64,000 nucleotides of DNA from Pseudogymnoascus verrucosus (lineage: Eukaryota): the NCBI GenBank assembly GCA_001662655.1, contig KV460228.1, one strand, 5' to 3'. A program made the position numbers and the translations under genes. The notes under the pieces were generated by a model. That model searched no databases, was not told where the DNA came from, and was given only the letters and a program-made list of their open reading frames with translations. This document shows positions 36,467-48,976 of this stretch, one piece after another. Numbering within the stretch: the first letter of the stretch is position 1; every line of letters starts with the position of its first letter.

Positions 36467-38328
36467 ATGTTTCTCCTCAAGGCCATCTCAAGTGCGCTCT
36501 TAATTCTCCCATCCCTTGCCTCAACAATGGCCAAAAACTCCTCATTCACGAATCCTATACTGCCCGGATGGCACTCCGATCCAAGCTGCATATACGTGGC
36601 CGAGGAACACAATGCCTTCTTCTGCGCAACCTCATCATTCCTCACCTTCCCAGGAATGCCAATCTACGCCAGCAAAGACCTGGTGAACTGGAGACTCGCA
36701 AGTCACGTATTCTCTAAGCCCTCACAGGTCCCACAGATTGGAGACACCGTCTCCCAGAACGGCGGTCTATGGGCAGTAACACTTCGTTACCACAAGGGCA
36801 AGTTCTATGCTATAGTCTCATATACACCCCTTTCACCCTGGGCAGTCACGGGATTCCTTTTCACAACAACAAACCCCTACGACTCCCACGCCTGGAGCTC
36901 CCCCCTGGTCTTCCCCCTCCTCGACATCGACCCAAGCATCTTCTGGGACGATGACGGAACGACCTACCTCCACTTCTCCGGCATCCACCAACAAACCATC
37001 GACCTCTCCACCGGCGCCCTCGGCCCAGCCTCCATAATCTGGAAAGGCTTCACGGAATTCATCCCCGAGGGCCCACACGTCTACAAGAAAGACGGGTACT
37101 ACTACCTCATGATCGGCGAAGGGGGCACCGAGCTAGGCCACCACGAAGTCATCGCCCGCTCCCGCAACATCAGCGGCCCTTACACCAGCGCCCCCTCCAA
37201 CCCCATCCTCTCAAACCAGAATACAACAGAGTACTTCCAAACAGTCGGCCACGCAGACCTCTTCCAGGACGCTAACAAGAACTGGTGGGGCGCCGCTCTA
37301 GCCACCCGCTCCGGGCCTGAATGGACTTCCTACCCTATGGGCCGCGAAACGGTGCTCTTCCACGTAACATGGGAGGCTGGCGAATGGCCAGTCCTCGCGC
37401 CCGTTCGGGGCCGTATGAGTGGATGGCCGCTTCCGAAGCGCACTCGCGATATTCGTGGTAGCGGCCCGTTTGTGGGGGATCCAGATGTCATTGATTTCCA
37501 CCCTGGTTCGAAAATCCCGGCGCATTTTGTGCATTGGAGGTTTCCGCCGAAGGACGCTTTTGCGGTGTCAGAGAGGGGGCATCCGAATACATTGCGTATT
37601 CGTCCGTCGGTGGCGAATCTGACGTCCAGCGCGCCGGCGAGTAAGGTGGAGGAATTGAGCTTGGTGATGCGTGTGCAGACTGATACGCGGTTTGTGTTTA
37701 GTGTTGATGTTGTTGATTTTTCGCCCAAGCTGGAAGACGAGGAGACGGGCGTGACGGCGTTCTTGACGCAGACGCAGCATCTGGATTTGGGGATTGTGAT
37801 GTTAGCTACTGGAAAGCGTGATGCAAAAGGTAAGGAGGAGTTGGGATTACATCTTAGATTCCGAGTTACGAATGTGCCGAGTTCGGCGTCGAATTTTGAC
37901 GGGAGTATACCGACGGTTGTTAAGCCGTTGCCGAGGGGCTGGGAGGGAGCGCCTATCAGGCTGATTGTTGAGGCGGTTAATGAGACGCATTATGAGTTTT
38001 CTGCGGCGTCGGTTGGGAAGCCGAAGGCGGTGGAGATGATGGGCGTAGCGCCTGCGACGATATTGAGTGGTGGAGATGGGCCGTTTACAGGTAAGGGATT
38101 GGATTTTCCTTTTTTATAGCCCGGGAAGGCATGGAATGCTATGTTTGAGGACGGATTCAGGGGCTTCTGACTGACAAATTTATAGGCACGCTTGTCGGGG
38201 CATATGCTACGAGTAACGGCGGCGCGGGTAAGACAGAGGCATATATCAGTAGATGGCGATACCAAGGGAAGGGCCAGGACATTGGCAACGGGGAAACCGT
38301 GCCCTACACCCCATTCGTCGTAGGATGA
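36467..38328 (+). CDS. Secreted GH43 beta-xylosidase/alpha-arabinofuranosidase with C-terminal beta-sandwich
   Basis: NPILPGWHSDPS, GGLWA, IDPSIFWDDDG, PEGPHVYKKDGYYYL, QTVGHADL, MGRET; intron about 38091-38186. Confidence 0.94.
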
Positions 38329-38404
38329 GCAGGGAGAGGCTGGCATAACATCATTCCTCTACTGATTAGACTTTTAAATATCTAAACCCCAATATACGCA
38401 CCAT

Positions 38405-40689
38405 CTAGACCCTGCAAAGCCTCCCATTCTGCGTCGGCAGCCACTCAATCTGATCCGTAACATACCAATCCTCGCTCCCCACCGCCGTAGGCGCATAGAA
38501 CAGTCCGTACGGATCCATCTTCTTCTTCAGCGCATACAGACGCGGGTATTTCGAGTCCCCATAGAATGCTATAGTCTGTCAGTCATGGTCTCCCCCACCA
38601 AAAAAAAGACAAAGGGGTGAAATGGGTGAAATGGGCAAATGGGAAACGAAGAAGAAAAAGGAGAAAACATACACTGCTGCACATCCGGCTCCGTAACATC
38701 AGCCTCACTAGCATACGCCCCCGCCCCCGGGCTCACATCCCTCCACCTCCCCAACCAATCCATCGTCAACCTCTCCGACTGCACTGCGATCGCCTCCGGA
38801 CTCGGATCGAGGAGGAAAATAACCGCGATGGCATGCAACACCGTCTCTCTCCACGCCGGGTTCACCGCGTTATCCGGCAACGCGCTACCACGTCGTCCGA
38901 GTCCGGGGGCGGCGATGTTGAAACCGAGGAACATGCCCCCTTCCTCAACAGGGTACTTGATAGCGTCGAAGGTGGCGTTGAGAGTTGCTTCGTCCTCCCA
39001 GTTCTTGCGGGGGAATAAACGACCGCCTGTCTTGGCTGCTGAACCACCCACTGCTTCGAGGGGGAACCCAGCGTCCCATGCGTCGTGGAAGTTGTCAGCT
39101 GGGAAGTAAACCGGGTCCACCTCAATCCCGAACCCCTTCAGATCATCCAACCACGGCGCGAGAAGCCCAGCTGTTTCAGCTTGCGTCATATTAGGCGCGA
39201 AGAAGGGGAGCATGTTGAACAAATACTCCCCCGGCGCCGTCCCCACAATGCTGAAGTACGAGTAAGCACCCGCCTCGGTGTGGGGGATGAAGTAATCAAA
39301 GTACGCCCTCGCCCCCGCCCAGAACGCATCCACCGACACACCACCGGGAGCGGTGCTGTTGCTGGCGAAGGAGAATTGCACAGCAGTCGCCTTCATGACG
39401 GGGTAGACTTTGAAGACTACCGATGTGACGACACCGTATGTTGCTCCCCCGCCGCCTCGAAGCGCCCAGAAAAGCTCGGTGTTGGAAGTCTCGCTCGCGG
39501 TCACGAATCGGCCGTCTGCGAGGACGATCTCGAAGGCCAGGACGTGGTCAGCTGCTAGCCCGTAGATGCTAGAGAGGGGGGAGTGGCCGCCGCCTGCTAC
39601 GTAGCCCCCCGCGATCCCCACCGTCTTCCCCTCCCCTCCCACAGCCGTAAATCCGAGTTTCTTCCCCGCCTCATAGAGTTCAAACGCCTGCACCCCAGCT
39701 CCGATCTTCACCGCTCTCCCCTTATACGAGGGAGTCTTGTACGACTCGAGGAGTTTAATATCCTTAAGATGATGCGTCCACACCGCCAGCGCGCCAGCTC
39801 CGGCAGAACGACCGTTGAAATCGTGGCCGGTGTTCTTGATTACTAGCCGGATGTTGGTGAGGCGCGCGAAGTTGACGGCGAGTTGGATTTGTGAGATGGT
39901 GGTGATGTTGAGGGCGTAGCTGGGGTATCCCCCTAATGTGCAGGGCTCCGTGGGGGTTGCAGAGGGGAGGCAGGTGCGGCCCTGCCAGAGGGGCCACATT
40001 ACTGAGGTCGGGTCTTCCATGCTGGGGAGGGGGTTAGTTATCAGTTATCGGTCATCGGGATCATAAGAGTAATAGTGGCTGTGACTATGAGAAAAGAGGC
40101 GGGGCTGGAGATGGGAGAGAAGGGATTTGGAACCAACTTACTGGAAAAATGAGTTCGTCCAATTGTCAGTCACATACTCGCACTCCGCCTCATCCTCATC
40201 ACCCCATCCCTTATAGCAAGATGACGCGCTGGGGATGGTAGCTATCAATTGCCCGCCGGAGAGGAGATCAAGTAACTTCCACACCGGCTTCGATGGCCAC
40301 GCCTTGTCGCCTGGGAAGACTTTACATTTCCCCCCTGTGCGCTTGTCAAGCGCAATGGCATCGGAGGGGGTACCGAAGGCGAAGAGGGAGGTATCGACGC
40401 CGAGGGATGTTAGGTTGGCGAGCACGGCATCGGTGAGCTGGAGGCGCTCGGAGGGGAAGAGTTGGGCGTTATCTACAGCAGCTGCGGCGGGGGATAATGT
40501 GGTGAGGTCAATGGCTATATAGAAATCAGCTACAGCGCAGAAACGTGGGTAAAATAAATATCAGTACTCACCAGCAGTGTTCCCAGCACCATTTCCAACG
40601 TCCTGAGCGCTGGCGGCTGTGGAGAGAAAGAAGGTCTGTGCGAGCACCACAGCTCCAAGCACTTTTGGCGGGGATGGGTAGAACATCAT
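38405..40689 (-). CDS. Secreted FAD-linked oxidoreductase (berberine-bridge/VAO type)
   Basis: Signal peptide; [25 protein letters not shown] (covalent FAD His), [23 protein letters not shown]; final exon [23 protein letters not shown]; 3 introns. Confidence 0.92.
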
Positions 40690-41391
40690 GATTTCACTTC
40701 CGCGCGTCTGTAACAACCACGTAGGAACCTCAATGGCTTCTTTTTCCTCCTACCATTTGCAAAAAGAGGGGGATCGGCGGGCTCTTAAATACTACTACTG
40801 TACAACCATTTTAATCTACCTCACCGCGTCGTGCCTGCTTACACCCACCTCTGCGGCCCCCAAGCCGGTAGATTAATCAAGACTAGTTAGGGACAGGTTA
40901 TGCAATCTAGGTATGCATCGTTACCAGGATCCGAATTATCCCAGGCTACCCATTGGACCACTATAAAAAAGTATTGGATAAACCCCTCTCAAGCCCTGCT
41001 GTTATATGTGATACTTATTATCATATCTCCGAATAATAGCCTTTTTACACGTGGTGGGTGGTAGTGAATTTTTTATATCCGCCCTGTGGGCTTGGACCTG
41101 GGGTGGGGAAGGGGAGGGGAAAGTTGGGGGCTAAGAGCTGGGGGGTATTAAGGCTGAGGCTGGTTATTATCAACAACGACGCATGTAGTTGGGATCAGGG
41201 TCTAGGAAAGTCAACGAGGTTTTTATTTTTCATCCCCTTGCCATAAACAATCTTTTCACTATCAACATCATCACCTCATCCATAACCATCAATTTTCCAT
41301 AACCATCATACCCATCATACCCATCATACCCATCATCACCATCATCACCATCATCACCCATAACCATCACCACCCCCCCACTATTCAACAT

Positions 41392-44300
41392 CTAATACCT
41401 CCTCTCCCCCCTCCCATACTCATCCCCCCTCCCATGCTCCCTCCTCTCCTCCCCACCACCATACCCACCTCCTCTACGCTCATCATCATCATCCCTCCTC
41501 CCACCACCGTGGTGCTCGCGGCGGGATTCTTGACCGTATCCACCGCCTCCACCACCGCCACCGTACTCCTCGCGGCGGGATTCCTGGCCATATCCACCAC
41601 CACCACCACCACCATACTCCTCACGACGGGACTCCTGACCATATCCACCGCCGCCGCCACCACCGTACTCCTCACGACGGGACTCCTGGCCGTAACCGCC
41701 ACCACCACCATACTGCTGCTCCTGGCGCTGCTCACGGCGAGGCTCTTCGTAGCCGCCTCCACCACCACCGTATTCCTGACGCTGCTGTCCATACCCACCA
41801 CCACCACCACCACCATACTCCTGACGCTGCTCCTGGCGCTGCTCTCCATACCCACCGCTGCGCTCCTCATGGCGGCTCTCTTGGCCGTATCCACCACCAC
41901 CACCACCACCATAGCCCGAGGACTGCTGCTGCTGCTCCCTCTCTCTCTCCTCCCTCTTCTTGCGTTCCTTCTTCTCCCTCTTCTTCCTCTTATAATCCGA
42001 ATCATCCCCGGAATCATCATCATCCGAGTCCTTCTTCCCCCCACGCCCCCCGCTGTGATACTCCTTCGTCTTAACCTCCGTCTGATACTCATCCCCCCCG
42101 GCAGTACGGCCCTGCCTCCACTCCTCAGTCCTAACCTCATTCCCGCGCTGTTGCTGGCGCTGCACGTGTCCCTCGTACGCCTGCCCCGACTGCGACTGCT
42201 CGTAGCGGCCGTACTCGGATGTCTGGGCCCCGCTCGGGTACTTGGTCTCGGAGTACTGCGCCTGGGCAGTCTCGTTCCTGTTGCTGCCGTACTCGGTGTA
42301 CGACTGCGTCACGCTGCCGTCGCCGGACTCGTATCTCTGGGTCGTCTTCTTGGTCTCCTTGTCGCCGAAGACGTCGCTGAGGAGACCGCCGCCGATGCCA
42401 CCGGCCAGGGCGCCGACGATGCCGCCGAGGGCTCCACCGCCCGCTGCCTCGGAGGCGAACTTCTCAATCTCGGAGTTGGAGGATTTAGTTGGGCGACCGT
42501 AGCCGGAGCCCGCGGAGGCAGCTTCCTGACCGCCTGAGAGCGCGCCGACGAGGTCGGAGATCATGCCGCCGCCGCCGCCGCCGCCGGCACCCTGGCTGGC
42601 AGAGCTCTTGGCCATGCCAATGGGCTTGCAGCAGCCGTGGCCGGTGTCGACAACACCCTCCTTGTGGTTCTCGCCATTCTGGATGCCGCTGCGGCTGAGC
42701 TTGCCGCGAAGCTCGCGCTGCTCAGCCGAGCCCTTGGAGGTCCACCACTGCTCGACGACGGAGAACATTTGTTGGCGGCCGTCGGAGGCGCCGTCTTGGC
42801 CCTCGTGGCGGAGCGCGGGGTGGTGGAGGACGCCCTCGATGATGCGGGTGCAGGTGCGGTCGATGTCTTGGCGCTCGTCGTCCCAGCAGGCGATGAGTTG
42901 GGGGACGACCCATTTGAGGACGCCGCTGGAGATCTTGCCGGCGGGCTCGTTGAGGATGCTGCTGAAGTGGTCCTTGGAGAGCATGGAGTGGGTTGGGTCG
43001 GAGCTCTGGTCATCTTGGAAGACGTTGTGCTGTTGGGCCTTGCTGCTGCTGATGATCTCGGATGAGCCCTCGTTGAGCTCGTTCTTCATCTGGTTGATGA
43101 GAGGGAGGACGAAGGGTGCCAACAGGCTGAAGACGAAGATGTTGACCTGGTTCTCGAGTTGCTCGATCAGCTCTGGGAGAATGGGGATCTTCTCGATGGC
43201 ACTGGAGATCTTCTTCATGAGGTTGTCGTGCCACTCAATGATAGGGTATATCTGCTTGACGCACTCTTGCATCTGGCGAGTAAAGGCCTCGGGCTCTCTG
43301 GGAGACACGCGGATCTGGTTCATCTGGGCGGTGGTGGCGTTAGTTCGGAGCTCCTCGGCCTTTCCAGCCTCGTCATCGTCACCGAAGATTCCGCTTGGGA
43401 TCTTGTTAAGAATATCCCTCAAGAAGCTCGTGTCGGCATTCTTGCCATTCTGCATGGTCCCCTCAAGCTGCTGGATTTCGCTCTGGGTGGCCTTGTCATC
43501 GAATTCACCCATGACGGAGTGGAGGAAATCGACACCGCCGAAGGTACCGGTCACGAGAGGGTAGACGGAAGAGCGAGCACCTTGAAGACGGATCTGGGTG
43601 TTGCGGCCAACCAGCGGGAACACGTCGGTCTCGCCCATCTCGATAAGAGCAAGCTCGATGTAGTTGGAGTGAGCACTGAAATCTTCCAAGCAGTGCAGAC
43701 CGGTACCAAGAAGACGGAGAGCTTCATACAGCTCATCCTTGTTCTTGCTGCGTCCATATGATCGTCCGAGTTGAATGCATTTCGAGAATAGTTTTCGGAC
43801 GTGGCCAGCAGACGTGGTAATGCCAATCTCCTCGCTCGCAATATAGTTCTTCATGCCACGTCGCTGATCGATTGCCAGTTCGACACGCTCGTCGACGGGG
43901 CCACGAAGGCGGCGGTCGTACTGGGTAGCATCAAGGTTATCGGCGTAGTCTTTTGGGTTGTCGATGTGGTCTTCGGGGCGGTAGCAGCCAAGGCGTTCGG
44001 CGGTGACTTCGAACTCGCCGGTGCCGTAGCCGAAGGTCATGAAACCAAGGACCCAGAGGAGAATGCGGATGGCCTCGGCGGAGACGTACTTGACCGTGCC
44101 GACATCAATAGCCTGGGCTGGAGAGAGTGGGTTAGGATATGGTGCGTAGTGGGGGAGTGAAGTACGTACAGTAATCTCTCAGCCAGTTACCAAAGTAAAC
44201 ACGGGAAACGCTCATTTTATCAAACTTCTTGCCTCCCGCAGCGCGAGACATGGCAAGGAGGAGGAGGGTATCTTCGATATCGCCATGGCGCCCTGGTATA

Positions 44301-44516
44301 GTCAGTATGTTGATCTCGGGGGTATGTGATGGCCGAACGTACAGTTTGTGCCCTCAATAGCTGAGGTTGCAGCGATGTTACCTGCGTCTGTTAGGTCATG
44401 GCTCGACGAGATGGATCAACAGAAGGCATACCTGCGCCAAAAGCATGAGCGGGACGAGCGAAAAGGACAAGCAGAGCAACGGCGATGGCCAGGTTGGGGA
44501 AGTTGAAGGAAGGCAT
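41392..44516 (-). CDS. het-c: HET-C family (heterokaryon incompatibility) protein with signal peptide and Gly-rich tail
   Basis: AHAFGAG|NIA, WRHGDIED, VYFGNWLRDY|SQAIDVG, RLGCYRPEDHIDNPKDYADN, LHCLEDFSAHSNY, DPTHSMLSKDHF; 3 introns at the 5' end. Confidence 0.95.
41400..41920 (-). repeat. Gly/Tyr/Gln/Arg/Glu peptide repeats at the HET-C C-terminus
   Basis: Units such as YGGGGGGGYGQESRREE repeated with variable Gly runs. Confidence 0.9.
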
Positions 44517-45239
44517 GTTTGAGGTTGGATAGCTGGTTAGCTATTGTTGGGATCGAGGGGTAAAGAGCAGATAGAAGCCAGTCGTGGAGCTGCAGTTAGA
44601 TGCCAGCTGTATCGTATGTATATAGGTATGGAAGTGACGTATGTGTTATAGGAGAGTGAAGCTGTGACAATGCCACGAAGCTAGAAATATGAGGATGGAG
44701 ATGAAGAAGCGAGTTTGATGAAGTAGAGTAGAGTTTATGTGGGAAGGGGACGGGAGGAGGAGGATACGAGGGTACAAAGAGAGGGTAGGCGTAAGAGAGC
44801 GAGAGAGGGGTAGAGTACATAGAGGGGTAACTTGAGGGCAACAGTAACAGATCTGAGAATTCAGGTGTCAACTAAGGTGTCAACTACTCCGTAGCAAGCA
44901 GCTAAGCTTCATAACTGGAGCATAACTGGAGCATGACTGGAGTAATACCGGCGCATACTGAATTACTACTGGGGCGCGATTGGAGCACTACCAAAGCGCC
45001 TGCCCATGTCCAGCTGCGCCTCGCGTTTCGGGGTCCAGGGGGAACTGAGGCCAATCAGGGACCAACGCGACGCTAGGGTGTAACCGGGGGACAAGGGGAC
45101 AAGCCACAGCAGCTATCCTTTCTGTACGCGCTATACGGCGGGAGCACGGCAATGTCTTCTTCACCGCCTTTTCCACGTGACCCACACCAGCCACGCGCCT
45201 CATCAACCCTCATAAGCGGCTGCCACTCAATTCAAAACA

Positions 45240-45349
45240 GCTTTCGTGGCTCAGTTGGCTAGAGCGTTGGTCTCATATGTTGAATATGACGTCATTGAAC
45301 AAACAATCACGTGATCCAAAGGTCGCAAGTTCGAGCCTTGCCGAGAGCA
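45240..45349 (+). tRNA. Elongator tRNA-Met(CAT) with 36-nt intron (45278-45313)
   Basis: Acceptor stem GCTTTCG/CGAGAGC, A box TGGCTCAGTTGG, anticodon arm TTGGT-CTCATA^A-TCCAA with the U31-U39 mismatch typical of elongator Met, T loop GTTCGAG, T run at 45356. Confidence 0.95.
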
Positions 45350-46348
45350 GTTATCTTTTTGCATTTTTTGGTGTTTGGTCGGCGTGGTAGGGGATTTGGA
45401 GACGAGAGGTGAGGGGAGGAACTAAGGGGTTGAGGGTTCAGTGGAGGGGAGTGGAAGGGTGTGTGGGATGTGGGTGGGTGGAGGTAGGTGCGAGGGAGGT
45501 GAGACAGTGTGTTGCATACAGGTTGCTTGCTCTGTGCATTGACAGAAGGAAGGAAAGAAAGTAGAGTAGCACGATGGAGGTTACAGAGACATGCCACGTG
45601 ATGGTTTGTGCGATTTTCTTTTGGGGTTTGGGGGTGTTGGGTGTTGTTGGGTGCTGTGGGTGGGTGTAGATGGTCTTGTAGTTGACAGACTGTGCTTTTT
45701 GGCCATGGCAGTGATCTTGGTGGCTGTTGGTGATCATGGCGGTGGTGGTGGTGGTTGTGGTTGTGGTTGTGGGGATATCGCAGCATATCGTAGCATATCA
45801 TGGCGCCTGTAGTGGAAGTTGAGCACGGTGGTGATAGCCACGGCAGGGTCGGGTCGGTATCTGTGGTGTCTGTGGTAGAAGGTGGAAGGAGGGCGGTAGG
45901 AAGGGGGAAGGGCGGCGGTAGGAGGGCGGTAATAGAAGTTGGAGCAGCGGAGTGATAGCAGAGGCCTGTGATGGAGCTGCTGTTCGGCCCTTTTGTGCTG
46001 GCTGTTAGTTGACTCGGCGCGTGCAGACTCTGAGTGTGCAGAGAGTGTGAGGGAAAAGACTGTGGGCGTGAACGTGGAGGTACCACTGGCGCTCTGCTTG
46101 TACCCACACTGCATTTCCTAGGAGAGATACTTTGATGGTACTGGCACGGATGATGGATGGATGGGTGCTGTGGTGTGTTTGTACTGGTAGCCGTAGAGTG
46201 AGTGTGGTACTCTGTTCTGTGGTACTCGCAGTTAGGTCAGTCAGCAGCTCGCAGCCAAACCGGGTACAGTCTGGCGCCCAGCTGGAGCTGACTGAGAGTA
46301 CCACAACACACACTCTAACACTCCTCTAACTCTGTAACAAGTATAGCG

Positions 46349-46399
46349 AGTAGTAATAGTAATAGTAATAGCAGGTGCAGGTGCAGGTGCAGGTGCAGG
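46349..46399. repeat. Adjacent microsatellites (TAGTAA)n and (GCAGGT)n
   Basis: Direct reading of the sequence. Confidence 0.85.
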
Positions 46400-47498
46400 C
46401 GCAGATTAGCAGATTACTCGTTACAGAGAGGTGCAGCGCTACTGCACCCTGCCACCTGCCCCTACAGCCAACCAGCAAGCCTAAAATCCAGTTAGAGACC
46501 AGGCTCAGCGACCAGGCCCCAGACCAGACCCAGACCAGGCCTTGTACCAGCCAGCCCATACCAGGCACCCACTTACTACTCACTCACCACCACTCACCAA
46601 GCAAACAACCAGCCGCCTGTCTCGCTCTCTCTCTCCCTCACACACACAACGCTCCCTTCCCCCCCCCATCACCGATGACCGCCGTCACGCCCATCCCATC
46701 ACATCACACCAAAAACACAACACACACCAGCCCCCAGTACCAAAAACTGTACTAAAAACAGCACCAAGCACCAAAAACACTACCAATTACCCGCTCCAAC
46801 CCCAGCGAAATCACCCACAACACAGTCCATCACACACACACACAAACTCCCTCCCTTCCGTCTACTCTAACCCGCCAGCTTCCCTTGGCCCAACTCATCC
46901 CTCACCTCACCCACCCACCCATCCGCCATCATCCCCCATTACGCCCATCATAACCCCCAAAAGACACCCCCAACCCCCTCCTCTCCCTCCCAACTGGCCA
47001 GCTCGCGTCGCTTAGCAAAACATGCCCTCCCTTCCCTCCTACCCTCCAAAAAAAACACAAATCCCTCCCTTCCCCCCCAAAATTCCAATTCCCCCGGCCC
47101 CCGACTCTGCTCTCCCGCTGTTTGCTGTCCACCCACTCCCACTTCCACTGCGAAAACTCTGCTGCTGCTGGTGCTCGCTAACTCGCTAACCCCATTAACG
47201 TAACCTCGCTAACACACACCACCCCATCACCCACCACTCACACCCACTCACACACCCACCTCTACACCCATTGCGCTATTAAACCCCAGCCACTCCCCCC
47301 CGAAAAGAATTCAACACCCCCCTCCTTCCCCCCCCAACTTCTTCAATCTTCATCATCTCCAGCGCACCACCCACCTCACCGCCATCCACCATCAACCACT
47401 AAACTCTTCCATCAACAACACCACCACTTCCCCCATCACCACAATTATCACCAACCCACCACAACCACACACACAACTCACCAACCACACCCATCACT

Positions 47499-48976
47499 AT
47501 GGCACGCCAAAAGAAAGCCGACGCCGAGAAGGCTAGAGAAGGTCCTGCCACCTTGACCATTGACGTCGACAGCTTCGTGCGCACAAGAGACTCGGTAAGC
47601 CCATAACACTCTCTCTTCAGTTATCATCACCACTCCTCCCTCCCCAACCCGCATCATCACATCCATATACCTCGTTATCGTCGCGACACACCACCACCAC
47701 CACCACCCCGCCGCGAGTAAGTATCATGCGCGCGCGCAACAGCGACCGAAACACACCCGGGCTCGAAACACCTCACCACAACATCACATCGCGGCGCATT
47801 CACCAGCACCGGGCCGGCGCGTCATTTCCACCGCGCGCGCATTTCTCAACGATGCGCTCGCTCGCCTACCTCCGCTCGCTTTCCACCTCCCCGACCTCGC
47901 TCACATCAACCACATCCCGCCGCGACGCGTAGCCCATTGTTTATCCTCCACCACCCGGCGCGTCCAGCACACCCCCACAATCACAATCCACCCCCACCAC
48001 CACCACCCCTGCACCCCAGCACAGCACAGCACTGCACAAAATCACCCTGCACATTTCCATTATCAAAAAAACTTAATTCAAAGTACCAACCCACTAACAC
48101 CCCCCGCAGGTAGTAACCGGCCTCGCCACCCTCCAAGACGCAATCCAAACCCTCTCCTCCGCCTACATCAAGCACACCAACGCCTACCTGGGCGACAACA
48201 GCGGCGTCGGACTCGAAGTCGAATCCGCCCTCTCCCGCCTGGGCGACAACCCCCTCCTCGCCGGCCTCACCGGCTTCCGCGCCCCCACCCCCGCCATCCA
48301 GACCCCAGCCGCCGACGCCAAGAAGGAGAAGAAGAAGCGCGTCCACGACCCTAATGCGCCCAAGCGCCCCCTAACCCCGTACTTCCTGTACATGCAGACT
48401 GCGCGCCCGATCATCGCGGGGGATCTGGGACCAGAGGTCGCGAAGGGGGCGGTGAGCAATGAGGGCGTGAGGAGGTGGAGGGATATGGAGGATTATGATA
48501 AGAGTCTTTGGACGGGGGTTTATACTGAGAATCTGCGCTTGTATAACGCGCGCACGCATGCGTATAAGTCGGGCATTTTGGAGGCGAAGGATATGACTGA
48601 TGACCAGGCGCGCGCGTATGCTGATACCCACAACATCTCCACTGCCCCTGCGGAGATCTCTGCCAACGACCAGCTCAACGCGGAGTCCCTCCTCGACCTC
48701 CCCGCTGCGGATGCAGCATCTCTCCCTTCATCCCCTGAAGCTGCTGCGGCGGTGAAGGCGACGCCGAAGGGGAAGGCGAGGGGGAAGAAGGTGGGCGGCA
48801 AGGTGATTACGCCTGCGCCGGAGCCGGCGGCTATTGTGCCTAGCTCGGCGGCGAAGGCGGGATCTCCGGATAAGAAGAGGAAGAGGGTTAGTAAGAGGGG
48901 GGAGGAGATTGCGGCTGCTGCGGTGGGGGAGGAGGATAAGGGAAAGGGGAGGAAGAAGAAGGCTAGGGGAGAGTAG
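47499..48976 (+). CDS. HMG-box chromatin protein (Hmo1-like) with Lys-rich tail
   Basis: Exon 1 MARQKK..IDVDSFVRTRDS, intron 47595-48109, then HDPNAPKRPLTPYFLYMQTARPII..VSNEGVRRW. Confidence 0.9.

Noticed and set aside
41434..42537. 367-aa hydrophobic Thr/Leu repeat ORF on the plus strand
   Set aside because: Antisense shadow of the het-c Gly-rich repeats; no independent coding evidence.
45307..47150. Several 70-270 aa ORFs between the tRNA and the HMG gene
   Set aside because: Low-complexity microsatellite sequence with His/Pro/Thr-biased translations; more likely a long regulatory region.
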